Positions 55,008 to 62,597 of a stretch of DNA of 64,000 nt are shown here, in pieces (positions within the stretch are counted from its first letter, which is position 1; each line of letters starts with the position of its first letter). The position numbers and the translations under genes were made by a program. The notes under the pieces were generated by a model that searched no databases, was not told the DNA's origin, and worked only from the letters and a program-made list of their open reading frames with translations. This DNA is from Hyphomonadaceae bacterium. GTDB lineage: Bacteria; Pseudomonadota; Alphaproteobacteria; Caulobacterales; Hyphomonadaceae. The stretch lies in contig JBGAKC010000026.1 of assembly GCA_044224605.1 (NCBI GenBank), positions 3,973 to 67,972 of the forward strand. Direction: 5' to 3'.

Positions 55008-55769
55008 ATGCATGGGACCGTCGCCTCGATGTGTCGCCACCCGGTGAAGGGGCTCACGCCGGAACAGCTGTCGTCCGTGCGGCTAGAGGCGGGCGCGTAT
55101 TTTCCGCACGATCGTCTCTATGCGATCGAGGTCGGCCCTTCAGGCTTCGATCCTGAAAATCCCAAACACATTTCCAAGCAGCGTTTCACGGTGCTTGCGC
55201 GCTTTCCGGCGCTGGCGCGGATCAAGACGCGGCTCGATGATGCGACGGGCACATTCCACCTCGGCGACGCGCATGGTTTCGGCGTCGAGACGCGGCTGCA
55301 CACGGAAGAGGGCCGCGCCACGGTGGAGCGCTTTCTGCAGGCCTTCCTTGGCGAAGAAGCGCCTGGCAAACTCCGCGTGCTCGAGAGCCCGCAGGGCTAT
55401 CGCTTCATGGATCACCCGCAGGGCTACATCTCGGTGATGAACCTCGCCAGCGTCCGCGCCGTGGAACAGGCGATTGGCCAACCGGTCGATCCGCTACGCT
55501 TTCGCGCCAACATCTATGTCGATGGGCTGAAGCCGTGGGCGGAGGATGAGTGGATCGTGGGGCAGAGGATGCAGCTAGGCGCGGCGGGCCTCGCAATGTT
55601 CAAGCCGATTGTCCGCTGTGTGGCGACGCATGTGAACCTCGACACGGGCGAGCGGGACATCGACATGGTGGGCCAGCTGCGTGAGCATTTCGGCCGCGAT
55701 ACGCTCGGGAACTATTTTTCGATCATCAAGGACGGGGCGGTGAAGGCGGGAGACGTATTCTCCGCCTGA
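55008..55769 (+). CDS. MOSC domain-containing protein (MOSC_N beta-barrel + MOSC)
   Basis: N-terminus MHGTVASMCRHPVKGL. C-terminal conserved Cys (IVRCVATHVN). Confidence 0.86.
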   Translation: MHGTVASMCRHPVKGLTPEQLSSVRLEAGAYFPHDRLYAIEVGPSGFDPENPKHISKQRFTVLARFPALARIKTRLDDATGTFHLGDAHGFGVETRLHTEEGRATVERFLQAFLGEEAPGKLRVLESPQGYRFMDHPQGYISVMNLASVRAVEQAIGQPVDPLRFRANIYVDGLKPWAEDEWIVGQRMQLGAAGLAMFKPIVRCVATHVNLDTGERDIDMVGQLREHFGRDTLGNYFSIIKDGAVKAGDVFSA

Positions 55770-55979
55770 TCACCAGTGCGGTGGGGGAGGCTCGTCGCCC
55801 GGATCGGGGCCAAGCGCCAGTTCGGCATTGGCGAGCCGGTCCGTCAGCACGGTGATGTCGCGCTTGAGACGGTCGATCTCCTTCCACTGCGCCGTGACGG
55901 TGGCGTTCAGATCCTCGATCACATGCTCCTGATGCGCGATCCTGATTTCGAGGGCGTCAAGGCGGGATGGTTCGGTCAT
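55770..55979 (-). CDS. slyX: SlyX family protein
   Basis: 69 aa coiled coil: LDALEIRIAHQEHVIEDLNATVTAQWKEIDRLKRDITVLTDRL. Confidence 0.8.
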   Translation of the reverse strand: MTEPSRLDALEIRIAHQEHVIEDLNATVTAQWKEIDRLKRDITVLTDRLANAELALGPDPGDEPPPPHW

Positions 55980-56024
55980 GCCTGTTCTTAGGCCCTCGCG
56001 ATCCGCCATGCTACACCCCGCGCC

Positions 56025-56876
56025 ATGACACTGCACTGCACATGGCGAGACATGATGCGCGAGGCCGTCCAGCGCTTGGCCGCCGCGGGCATCGAGCATC
56101 CGGCGCGTGACGCGCGCCTGCTGATGGCCCACGCTCTGGGCATCGAGCCGATCGACGTGATCGTGCGCGAGATGGACAATATCGATCCTGTCGGGCTTGG
56201 CGCGTTCGAGGAGGCCGTGCAGCGGCGCCTTGCGTACGAGCCGGTCTCGCGAATCCGAGGATGGCGCGAATTCTTCGGGCGGCGTTTCATCATTACGCCT
56301 GACGTTCTGGACCCACGCCCGGAGACCGAGTTGCTGGTGGAGCAGGCCCTGAAGCGCCTGCCGCACAATGGCCGGGTGCTGGATCTGGGGACGGGTTCCG
56401 GCTGCATCCTGCTGTCAATCCTGTCGGAGCGGAGGGATACGGATGGCGTGGCGCTCGACATCTCGGCTGCGGCGCTCGAGGTCGCCCGACGCAATGCCGA
56501 GGCGCTTGGTGTCATGGACGGCGTGACTTTCCTTAAGGGCAGCTGGGAGAGTGAGCTTCCGGGCCCCTTCGACGTCGCGCTCTCAAATCCGCCCTACATC
56601 CCGGCTGCAGATGTGCCGAGTCTTGCGCTTGATGTGCGTGGGCATGATCCCCACATCGCTCTCACTCCAGGCGGCGATGGTCTGGATGCCTATCGCGCCA
56701 TACTCGCCTCCATGCCCCGTTGGCTTCGTCCCGGGGGCGCAATTGGGTTCGAGTTCGGTATCGGTCAGGCGGGGGCGGTTTCCGCCCTCATGTCCTATGC
56801 AGGTCTCGAAGCGGTCGAGGTCTTCAATGATCTGGCCGGCATCACGCGCGCTGCATTCGGTCGCAGGCCGGGCTAA
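56025..56876 (+). CDS. prmC: Peptide chain release factor N5-glutamine methyltransferase PrmC (HemK)
   Basis: VLDLGTGSGCILLS SAM motif and the catalytic NPPY tetrapeptide (ALSNPPYIP). Confidence 0.92.
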   Translation: MTLHCTWRDMMREAVQRLAAAGIEHPARDARLLMAHALGIEPIDVIVREMDNIDPVGLGAFEEAVQRRLAYEPVSRIRGWREFFGRRFIITPDVLDPRPETELLVEQALKRLPHNGRVLDLGTGSGCILLSILSERRDTDGVALDISAAALEVARRNAEALGVMDGVTFLKGSWESELPGPFDVALSNPPYIPAADVPSLALDVRGHDPHIALTPGGDGLDAYRAILASMPRWLRPGGAIGFEFGIGQAGAVSALMSYAGLEAVEVFNDLAGITRAAFGRRPG

Positions 56877-57089
56877 CCGGCGTAAACCATGAGCAATTCC
56901 CGTGGAATCTCCTCATGAATTCGCTTGGCGGCCCGTGGCAAACAGGCTAGCGTCTCTAAGTACGGACTGCAGGCGAATCCCGGGATATAGCCCCGGGCTA
57001 ATCAGCCAGCGTCCGGTTGGGTCTGCTGATGGCAGACCGAAATCCGTCCAATTGGGGCGATTGTACTCTGAAGATCAGGGAATGGTTTC

Positions 57090-57776
57090 ATGAAGCGTCA
57101 GCGGGGGCGCGGGCGTAACAAGCCCGGCGGTGGTGGTGGTGGTGGCGGAAGCCACAATCACGGCAACCGATCGCTTGAGAGCAACGGGCCCGACGTGAAG
57201 ATCCGCGGCACGGCCGCGCAGATCTACGAGAAGTATTCGCAGTACGCCCGTGACGCACAGTCCGGCGGCGACCGCGTAAAATACGAGAACTACCTCCAGC
57301 ACGCCGAGCACTATTATCGCGTGATGGCGGCGACGATGCCGCGCGAGCGCCTGCTGGCGCAGCAGAGCGGCGAAGGCGGCATGATGCACCAGGGCCAGCA
57401 GCCGATGGGCGAGGGCGGCAACGTCCAGCCGATCGAGGGCGGCGTGCCTGGCGGCGAGGCGCCGGACGCGCTCAAGGTCATGGACAATGTCGGCAGCGAT
57501 GCTGACGACGGCGATGACGACTTCGACAACGAAGGCGAGGAAGCCGCCGGCGAAGCTGTAGAGGCGCAAGGTCAGGACGCCGCGCAAGATAACGCCCAGG
57601 ACAATCAGGGCCATGAAGGTAGCGGTCGCGGCCGTCGCCGGCGCGGACGCCGGCGTCACCATGACGGTGACCGGTCAGGCGGCCCTGGGGGCAGCGGCGG
57701 CGGTGGCGGCGACACGGAAGCCCGTTCGGCGCTCGACAGCCTTGCCCGCAAACAGGGTGCGCTGGCCGGCGGCTGA
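57090..57776 (+). CDS. DUF4167 domain-containing protein
   Basis: MKRQRGRGRNKPGGGGGGGG...IRGTAAQIYEKYSQYARDAQSGGDRVKYENYLQHAEHYYR matches the DUF4167 core. It follows prmC, as is common in alphaproteobacteria. Confidence 0.85.
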   Translation: MKRQRGRGRNKPGGGGGGGGSHNHGNRSLESNGPDVKIRGTAAQIYEKYSQYARDAQSGGDRVKYENYLQHAEHYYRVMAATMPRERLLAQQSGEGGMMHQGQQPMGEGGNVQPIEGGVPGGEAPDALKVMDNVGSDADDGDDDFDNEGEEAAGEAVEAQGQDAAQDNAQDNQGHEGSGRGRRRRGRRRHHDGDRSGGPGGSGGGGGDTEARSALDSLARKQGALAGG

Positions 57777-57802
57777 TCGCCTGATGCAAGGATTACGACA
57801 GC

Positions 57803-57835
57803 GGGCCATGCGAAAGCGTGGCCCGTTTTTGTGTT
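57803..57835 (+). terminator. Rho-independent terminator after the DUF4167 gene
   Basis: GGGCCATGC-GAAA-GCGTGGCCC (9 bp with one G-U pair) followed by GTTTTTGTGTT. Confidence 0.85.
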
Positions 57836-57881
57836 GGGCGGGCGGTTTGACGAAGGCGTCCGGCGGGCGGACACTTCCAAG

Positions 57882-58388
57882 ATGGGCAAGACATCTGCTG
57901 TCGTTGGGTCGACCCTGTTCTTCTTCCTCGCGCCGGGCGTGGTGGCGTTCCTGCTGCCCTGGCTGCTGTCGCAATGGCCGATCGAGCCGATGTGGCGGGA
58001 TATTCCTGCGCTGGCGTGGGTGGGCGCCGTTGTCGGCGTGATTGGCGTGGCGGCGCTGATCGAGTGCTTCGCAAGGTTTGCGCTGAAGGGGTTTGGAACG
58101 CCTGCGCCGATCGCGCCGACGACGCATCTTATTGTGACGGGACTCTACCGGTTCGTTCGCAATCCGATGTACGTCGCCGTGCTGGCGATCATCCTCGGGC
58201 AGACGCTGTGGTTCGCGAGTTGGGCCATCCTGGCCTACGCGGTCCTCATCTGGCTGAGCTTCACGACCTTCGTCATGTCATACGAGGAGCCGACGCTGCG
58301 GGCGTCGTATGGCGAAGAATACGCCATCTATTGCGCCAATGTCGGGCGCTGGCTGCCGCGTCTCGCGCCCTGGTCGCCGCCGGTTTGA
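57882..58388 (+). CDS. Isoprenylcysteine carboxyl methyltransferase (ICMT)/phospholipid-MT-like membrane methyltransferase
   Basis: GLYRFVRNPMYVAVLAIILGQ motif and a multi-TM profile. Start at the Met at 57882, because the terminator occupies the upstream part of the track ORF. Confidence 0.8.
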   Translation: MGKTSAVVGSTLFFFLAPGVVAFLLPWLLSQWPIEPMWRDIPALAWVGAVVGVIGVAALIECFARFALKGFGTPAPIAPTTHLIVTGLYRFVRNPMYVAVLAIILGQTLWFASWAILAYAVLIWLSFTTFVMSYEEPTLRASYGEEYAIYCANVGRWLPRLAPWSPPV

Positions 58389-58440
58389 CGGCGGGGGCTG
58401 CATCCCCTCATAAAGGTCCTACGCAAGACGGGGGTTTGCG

Positions 58441-58833
58441 ATGCCTATACTCGCACTGATCGCGGCAGTCGTCGGCTTCATTGCCGTATGGTGGTGGCGG
58501 GCGCAGGCGATGAAGGGCGCAGCCGACAGCATGCTCGACGCTGCCGGCAAGGCGCGCGGCATGATCAGCCGGGCAAGGTTCAAGCATCGTGCGGGGACGT
58601 CGGTGCTGGCGGGCGTCGATACGCCCGGCATGGCGGCGGCGACGCTGCTCTACAGTCTCATGGCGCTGCGCCGCCCTGTCGTGCTCGCCGATGAGGACAA
58701 GATCGACCACATGCTGGAAACGACCTGCCGGATGAACAAGCAGGAGCGCGAGGACGCCATGGCGTTCGCAGGCTGGGCGTCGGGGCAGGTAGCCGACACG
58801 AACGAGATCGTGCGCCGTTTCCTGCCGCTCTGA
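58441..58833 (+). CDS. N-terminal portion of a small membrane-anchored protein truncated by IS insertion
   Basis: TM helix MPILALIAAVVGFIAVWWW. The frame ends at a TGA that lies exactly at the IS left junction. The in-frame continuation is found at 60199-60339. Confidence 0.6.
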   Translation: MPILALIAAVVGFIAVWWWRAQAMKGAADSMLDAAGKARGMISRARFKHRAGTSVLAGVDTPGMAAATLLYSLMALRRPVVLADEDKIDHMLETTCRMNKQEREDAMAFAGWASGQVADTNEIVRRFLPL

Positions 58834-58907
58834 TGGGGTGGACGCCCCCCAACGGCATCGATGTGCCAAAGTGGAGGTGTTAGCTGCACCACTTGAAGGA
58901 GGCGTCC

Positions 58908-59936
58908 GTGGAACAGGTTAGCATAATCGGGCTGGATATCGCCAAGTCAGTTTTTCAGGCGCACGGGGCGGATGCCTCGGGGGGCGTCGTGTTCCGCAAG
59001 AAGATCGCTCGGGCCAAGTTGCTGGAGTTCTTCGCTTCGCAGCCGCCATGTCTGGTGGCGATGGAGGCCTGCGGCGGAGCTCACCATTGGGGGCGCGAGA
59101 TCGGCAAGCTCGGCCACGAGGTCAAGCTGATCGCGCCTAAATACGTCAAGCCGTTCGTCAAGCGCCAGAAGAACGACGCGGCCGACGCCGAAGCGATCTG
59201 CGAGGCGGCATGTCGGCCGACCATGCGGTTCGTGGCGGTCAAGAGTGAGACGACGCAGGCAAGTGGCCTGGTCTTCCGCAGCCGCGATATTCTGGTTCGC
59301 CAGCGCACCCAGATCATCAACGCGGTGCGGGGGCATCTTGCCGAGTATGGCTTCGTCGTTCCGCAAGGCGCCGGGCATTTCAGGAAGCTGGTCGCGCATC
59401 TTGAAGATCCAGCCTCACAACTTCCCGAAGAAGCTCGCTCGATCCTGTCTCTCCTCACCCATACCGCAATGGGACTGGAGGAGAAGATATCCCTACTCGA
59501 CAAGGAGATCGCTCGCCGTACGCAAGAGGATGAGGTCGCACGGCGTCTCATGACGATCCCCGGGGTTGGGCCAATTACCGCGACCGCAATCGCGGCCTTG
59601 GCGCCGCCAGCGACGAGCTTCAGAAAGGGCCGGGACTTCGCCGCCTGGGTGGGCTTGACCCCCTTGCAGAAGTCGACCGGGGGAAAGCAAAAGCTTGGCG
59701 CGACCTCGAAGATGGGAGAGCGGACCATACGTCGCCTGCTCATTATCGGAGCCGCCGCCGCGATCCATCACGCGGTGCGCCGAGGGGTTCCGCCGACAAC
59801 CTGGTTGGGACGCATGCTCGCACGTAAGCCTCGCATGCTGGTGACGGTGGCCCTCGCCAACAAGATGGCCCGGATCGCATGGGCGCTTCTGGTCAAGGGC
59901 GAGGACTTTAAAGCTCCGGAGGTGGCCGCGGCATAA
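58908..59936 (+). CDS. IS110 family transposase (DEDD RuvC-like + C-terminal Tnp domain)
   Basis: IIGLDIAKSVFQ, LVAMEACGGAHHW, KNDAADAEAI, IPGVGPITATAI and TPLQKSTGGKQKLGATSKMGERTIRRLL. AAGGAGG RBS before the GTG at 58908. Confidence 0.92.
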   Translation: MEQVSIIGLDIAKSVFQAHGADASGGVVFRKKIARAKLLEFFASQPPCLVAMEACGGAHHWGREIGKLGHEVKLIAPKYVKPFVKRQKNDAADAEAICEAACRPTMRFVAVKSETTQASGLVFRSRDILVRQRTQIINAVRGHLAEYGFVVPQGAGHFRKLVAHLEDPASQLPEEARSILSLLTHTAMGLEEKISLLDKEIARRTQEDEVARRLMTIPGVGPITATAIAALAPPATSFRKGRDFAAWVGLTPLQKSTGGKQKLGATSKMGERTIRRLLIIGAAAAIHHAVRRGVPPTTWLGRMLARKPRMLVTVALANKMARIAWALLVKGEDFKAPEVAAA

Positions 59937-60198
59937 GCCGCAGCTCACCCCGCGAGGTCGTTGAAGGCGTAAGGTGGTCAAAGGAGAATATGGCGCAACG
60001 GTCGATGAGACGAGGTCAGGAAAACCAGTTTGGCCCTACGTGCCCAGAGCACGCCGCTTTGATGTGGTCCTGATCTTCGAACTCCCATATGGGCCCGCGG
60101 CGATCTTCTGGCCGCAACAGAGGCCGGACAGATGGCTGCACCCCGACTACGCGCTCAAATTTTTCTGAGAACCCTCTTGCACCGGGGCGGGCGTCCAC
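59937..60198 (+). ncRNA. Candidate IS-encoded guide (bridge/seek) RNA region in the 3' non-coding arm
   Basis: This ~260-nt arm has no credible coding capacity. Segment 60053-60070 matches the left insertion junction 58824-58841 at 14 of 18 positions (14 of the first 16). Segment 60089-60095 (ATGGGCC) is identical to the right flank 60201-60207. Exact RNA ends are unknown. Confidence 0.4.
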
Positions 60199-60339
60199 AG
60201 ATGGGCCAATTCACTGGACCAGCCGCAGCGACAGGAACTTGTCGAGATGGCGCTGCGGGCCGCAGAGCTTGGCGGAGCGCCGAGCGACGCGCAGTCGGCA
60301 GCGATCCGCCGTCTCAGCGAAGGCCTGCTGGCGAAGTGA
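60199..60339 (+). pseudogene. Displaced 3' fragment (46 codons) of the IS-interrupted ORF
   Basis: Frame RWANSLDQPQRQELVEMALRAAELGGAPSDAQSAAIRRLSEGLLAK-stop has good GC3 and no start of its own. It joins in-frame to 58441..58830 if the IS is removed. Confidence 0.55.
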
Positions 60340-60345
60340 GCGGCC

Positions 60346-60714
60346 TCAGCCGCCCATCGTGAAGACGCAGAGCTTGTTGCCGTCGAGGTCGCGGAAATAG
60401 GCGCCATAGAAGCCGCCGCCGCGATCGCCCGGCGCGCCTTCGTCGGACCCGCCCAGCGCGAGCGCCTTGGCGTGCAGGAGATCGACCTTTTCCTTCGAGG
60501 GGCAGCGCAGCGCAATCATGTTGCCGTTGCCGCAGTTCTGGAGCTGTCCATCGAACGGCTTGGTGACACCAAACAGCGGACCCTGTGCAAAGCCGTAGAG
60601 CTGGCCGTTCTTCGTTTCCATCACCCGCTTGCCGCCGAGCTCTGCGAGGAACGCATCGTAGAAGGCCAGCGCCTTGCCGATGTCTTTCGCTCCGATCGTG
60701 GTGTAGCCGATCAT
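60346..60714 (-). CDS. VOC (glyoxalase) family protein
   Basis: MIGYTTIGAKDIGKALAFYDAFL ... FYGAYFRDLDGNKLCVF. Confidence 0.85.
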   Translation of the reverse strand: MIGYTTIGAKDIGKALAFYDAFLAELGGKRVMETKNGQLYGFAQGPLFGVTKPFDGQLQNCGNGNMIALRCPSKEKVDLLHAKALALGGSDEGAPGDRGGGFYGAYFRDLDGNKLCVFTMGG

Positions 60715-60789
60715 GAAAATTCCTTCCCTGCGTGTGCAGGGAAGGAATCATGTCAGCGCGATGCGGGCAAGGCTCACTAGGCCTCAGGC

Positions 60790-61161
60790 CTACATGCCCG
60801 GGGCGTAGAAGGCGCAGAGCTTGTTGCCGTCGAGATCGCGGAAATAGCCGGCATAGAAGGTGTCGCCGCGCGGGCCGGCCGGGCCTTCGTCAGAGCCGCC
60901 GTTCTTGATCGCCGCGTCATAGACCTCGTGAACTTTTTCCTTCGAAGGCATCTGCAGAGCGACCATCGTGCCATTGCCGCACGTGGCGTTGTTCTTGTCG
61001 TAGGGCTGCGTCACGGCGAGCATCGGGCCCTGACCGTTGCTGTATGCGGTGCTGGTGCCAAAATCCATCGCGCGCTTTCCGCCGATGGGAGCCAGCACCT
61101 TGTCGTAGAAGTCCAGGGCGCGCGCGTAATCGTTCGTGCCAAGCATTACATAGCCGATCAT
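60790..61161 (-). CDS. VOC (glyoxalase) family protein, tandem paralogue
   Basis: MIGYVMLGTNDYARALDFYDKVL ... FYAGYFRDLDGNKLCAF. Clearly paralogous to 60346-60714. Confidence 0.85.
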   Translation of the reverse strand: MIGYVMLGTNDYARALDFYDKVLAPIGGKRAMDFGTSTAYSNGQGPMLAVTQPYDKNNATCGNGTMVALQMPSKEKVHEVYDAAIKNGGSDEGPAGPRGDTFYAGYFRDLDGNKLCAFYAPGM

Positions 61162-61367
61162 GGGAGGTCCTCCGTACGTTTATGGACCGAAGATCACCCT
61201 GCACAGCCGAGACGGCAAGCGGGGCAGGCGATGATGCTGACAGGACGTGGGGCGCAGCGTGCAATGTCACGCAGCGGAATTCTCCGATGGGGTCGGCGCA
61301 AAAGTCGGACCGGAGGCCCTGAAAGACTGTGGGCCGGTTTGAACTCCAAACCGGCCCACCTGCATGC

Positions 61368-62456
61368 CTATTCGAACAGCTTGGCCCAGCGCGGCTTCTT
61401 GCGGGTCTTCCAGGCGCCGCGGTGATAGGCGTCGGAACCGATCAGCGGGACGACGGTGGTTGCTTCAGCGAACACCATCTGCTCGTGCGTGGTCTGCACC
61501 TTGCCCCAGCTGGCTGCCTCTTTCAGCGTCGAGGACGAGCAGGCGCCATCGCGCACGTCGGCGACGGTGATCTGCACGGCGTATTTGTGCATGTCGGCTT
61601 CAAAGCCGAGGATCTCGGCGCATACAACCGTGTCCTGTGCAAAGTTCTTCGGCACGCCGCCGCCAACCATGAAGAGGCCGGTGGTGCCCGCTGCGATCTT
61701 GATATCGGTCAGCTCGCGGAAGTCCGCGACCGCGTCGATCATCATGTACGGCTTCTTCGCCTTGGCGCGGTCCTTCTGGTGCTTCACCAGACCGAAGCCG
61801 GCGGACGAATCCACGAAGGCCGGGCAGAAGATCGGAACGCCTTCCTCATAGCAGGTCTGGATCAGCGAGCCTTTTTTCCTGGCGTTGCCGTCGGCCAGCC
61901 ATTTGCCCATCTCGTGGATGAACTCGCGTGAGGAGTAGCCGCGCGGCTCGAGCGATTCAGCAATCTCGTAGATCGTGTGGTCGCACGCCTGCAGTTCTTC
62001 CTCGTCGATATAGGTGTCGTAGATGCGGTCGATGTAGTTCTCGCGCAGGACGTTGTCATCGACCTGGCCGGCGGCCTGGTAGTGCTTGAAGCCGAGGGCC
62101 TCAAAGAAATCCATGTCGACGATCGAGGCGCCGGTTGCAACGATCGCATCGATCATCCCGAACTTCACCATGTCGCGATAGACGTGCATGCAGCCGCCCG
62201 CCGAGGTGGAGCCGGCGAGGATGAGCCAGGTCGAGCAGCCTTTTTCCTTCAGCGCCATGTTGAAGATGTCGGCGGCGCGGGCGGTGTCGCGCGAGGAGAA
62301 CGACATCTTGCGCATCGAATCGATGATCGGGCGCGCGTCGAACGACGTCATGTCAACGTGCTCGACGGTCTTGCCAAGCAGTTGAGCTTTCGTGTTGTTG
62401 CGCTTCTTGGCAACCGGCTTCACGGGCGCGGCTTTGGCGGTGGACTTGGTGGCCAT
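61368..62456 (-). CDS. Deoxyhypusine synthase-like protein (bacterial DHS homologue; probable polyamine aminobutyl transferase)
   Basis: LILAGSTSAGGCMHVYRDMVKFGMIDAIVATGASIVDMDFFEALGF and GGGVPKNFAQD are DHS-family motifs. Lys/Ala-rich N-terminal extension MATKSTAKAAPVKPVAKKRNNTKAQ. Confidence 0.86.
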   Translation of the reverse strand: MATKSTAKAAPVKPVAKKRNNTKAQLLGKTVEHVDMTSFDARPIIDSMRKMSFSSRDTARAADIFNMALKEKGCSTWLILAGSTSAGGCMHVYRDMVKFGMIDAIVATGASIVDMDFFEALGFKHYQAAGQVDDNVLRENYIDRIYDTYIDEEELQACDHTIYEIAESLEPRGYSSREFIHEMGKWLADGNARKKGSLIQTCYEEGVPIFCPAFVDSSAGFGLVKHQKDRAKAKKPYMMIDAVADFRELTDIKIAAGTTGLFMVGGGVPKNFAQDTVVCAEILGFEADMHKYAVQITVADVRDGACSSSTLKEAASWGKVQTTHEQMVFAEATTVVPLIGSDAYHRGAWKTRKKPRWAKLFE

Positions 62457-62597
62457 GGGATTATGACTCCAGGGGAAAGGACGTCATCAGGCGACGGCCA
62501 GCCTTGTGTGCCCAGAGGGGTCTGGCGGGGATATAGCAGCGTACGGACAGAGCGCGGGCCGGGGTCTGGCCCGCGCTTCCATTTTGTAACAGTTTGG

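Larger units (their letters stand above)
58831..60199 (+). mobile_element. IS110-family (IS1111-like architecture) insertion sequence, ~1.37 kb
   Basis: Single DEDD-type transposase gene. Sub-terminal 9-bp inverted repeat GTGGACGCC (58838-58846) / GGCGTCCAC (60190-60198). GATGGG is present at both junctions (58832-58837, 60200-60205). Short 5' arm (~75 nt) and long 3' arm (~260 nt). Ends are ambiguous by a few nt. Confidence 0.85.

Noticed and set aside
57129-57146. (GGT)5-6 trinucleotide run in the DUF4167 gene as a phase-variation tract
   Set aside because: The unit is in-frame and simply encodes the poly-Gly segment typical of this family. Slippage would not switch expression.
59974-60168. 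64-aa ORF inside the IS right arm
   Set aside because: It has no RBS, poor codon bias and a mixed-composition peptide. The region is better explained as the non-coding (guide-RNA) arm of the IS110-type element.
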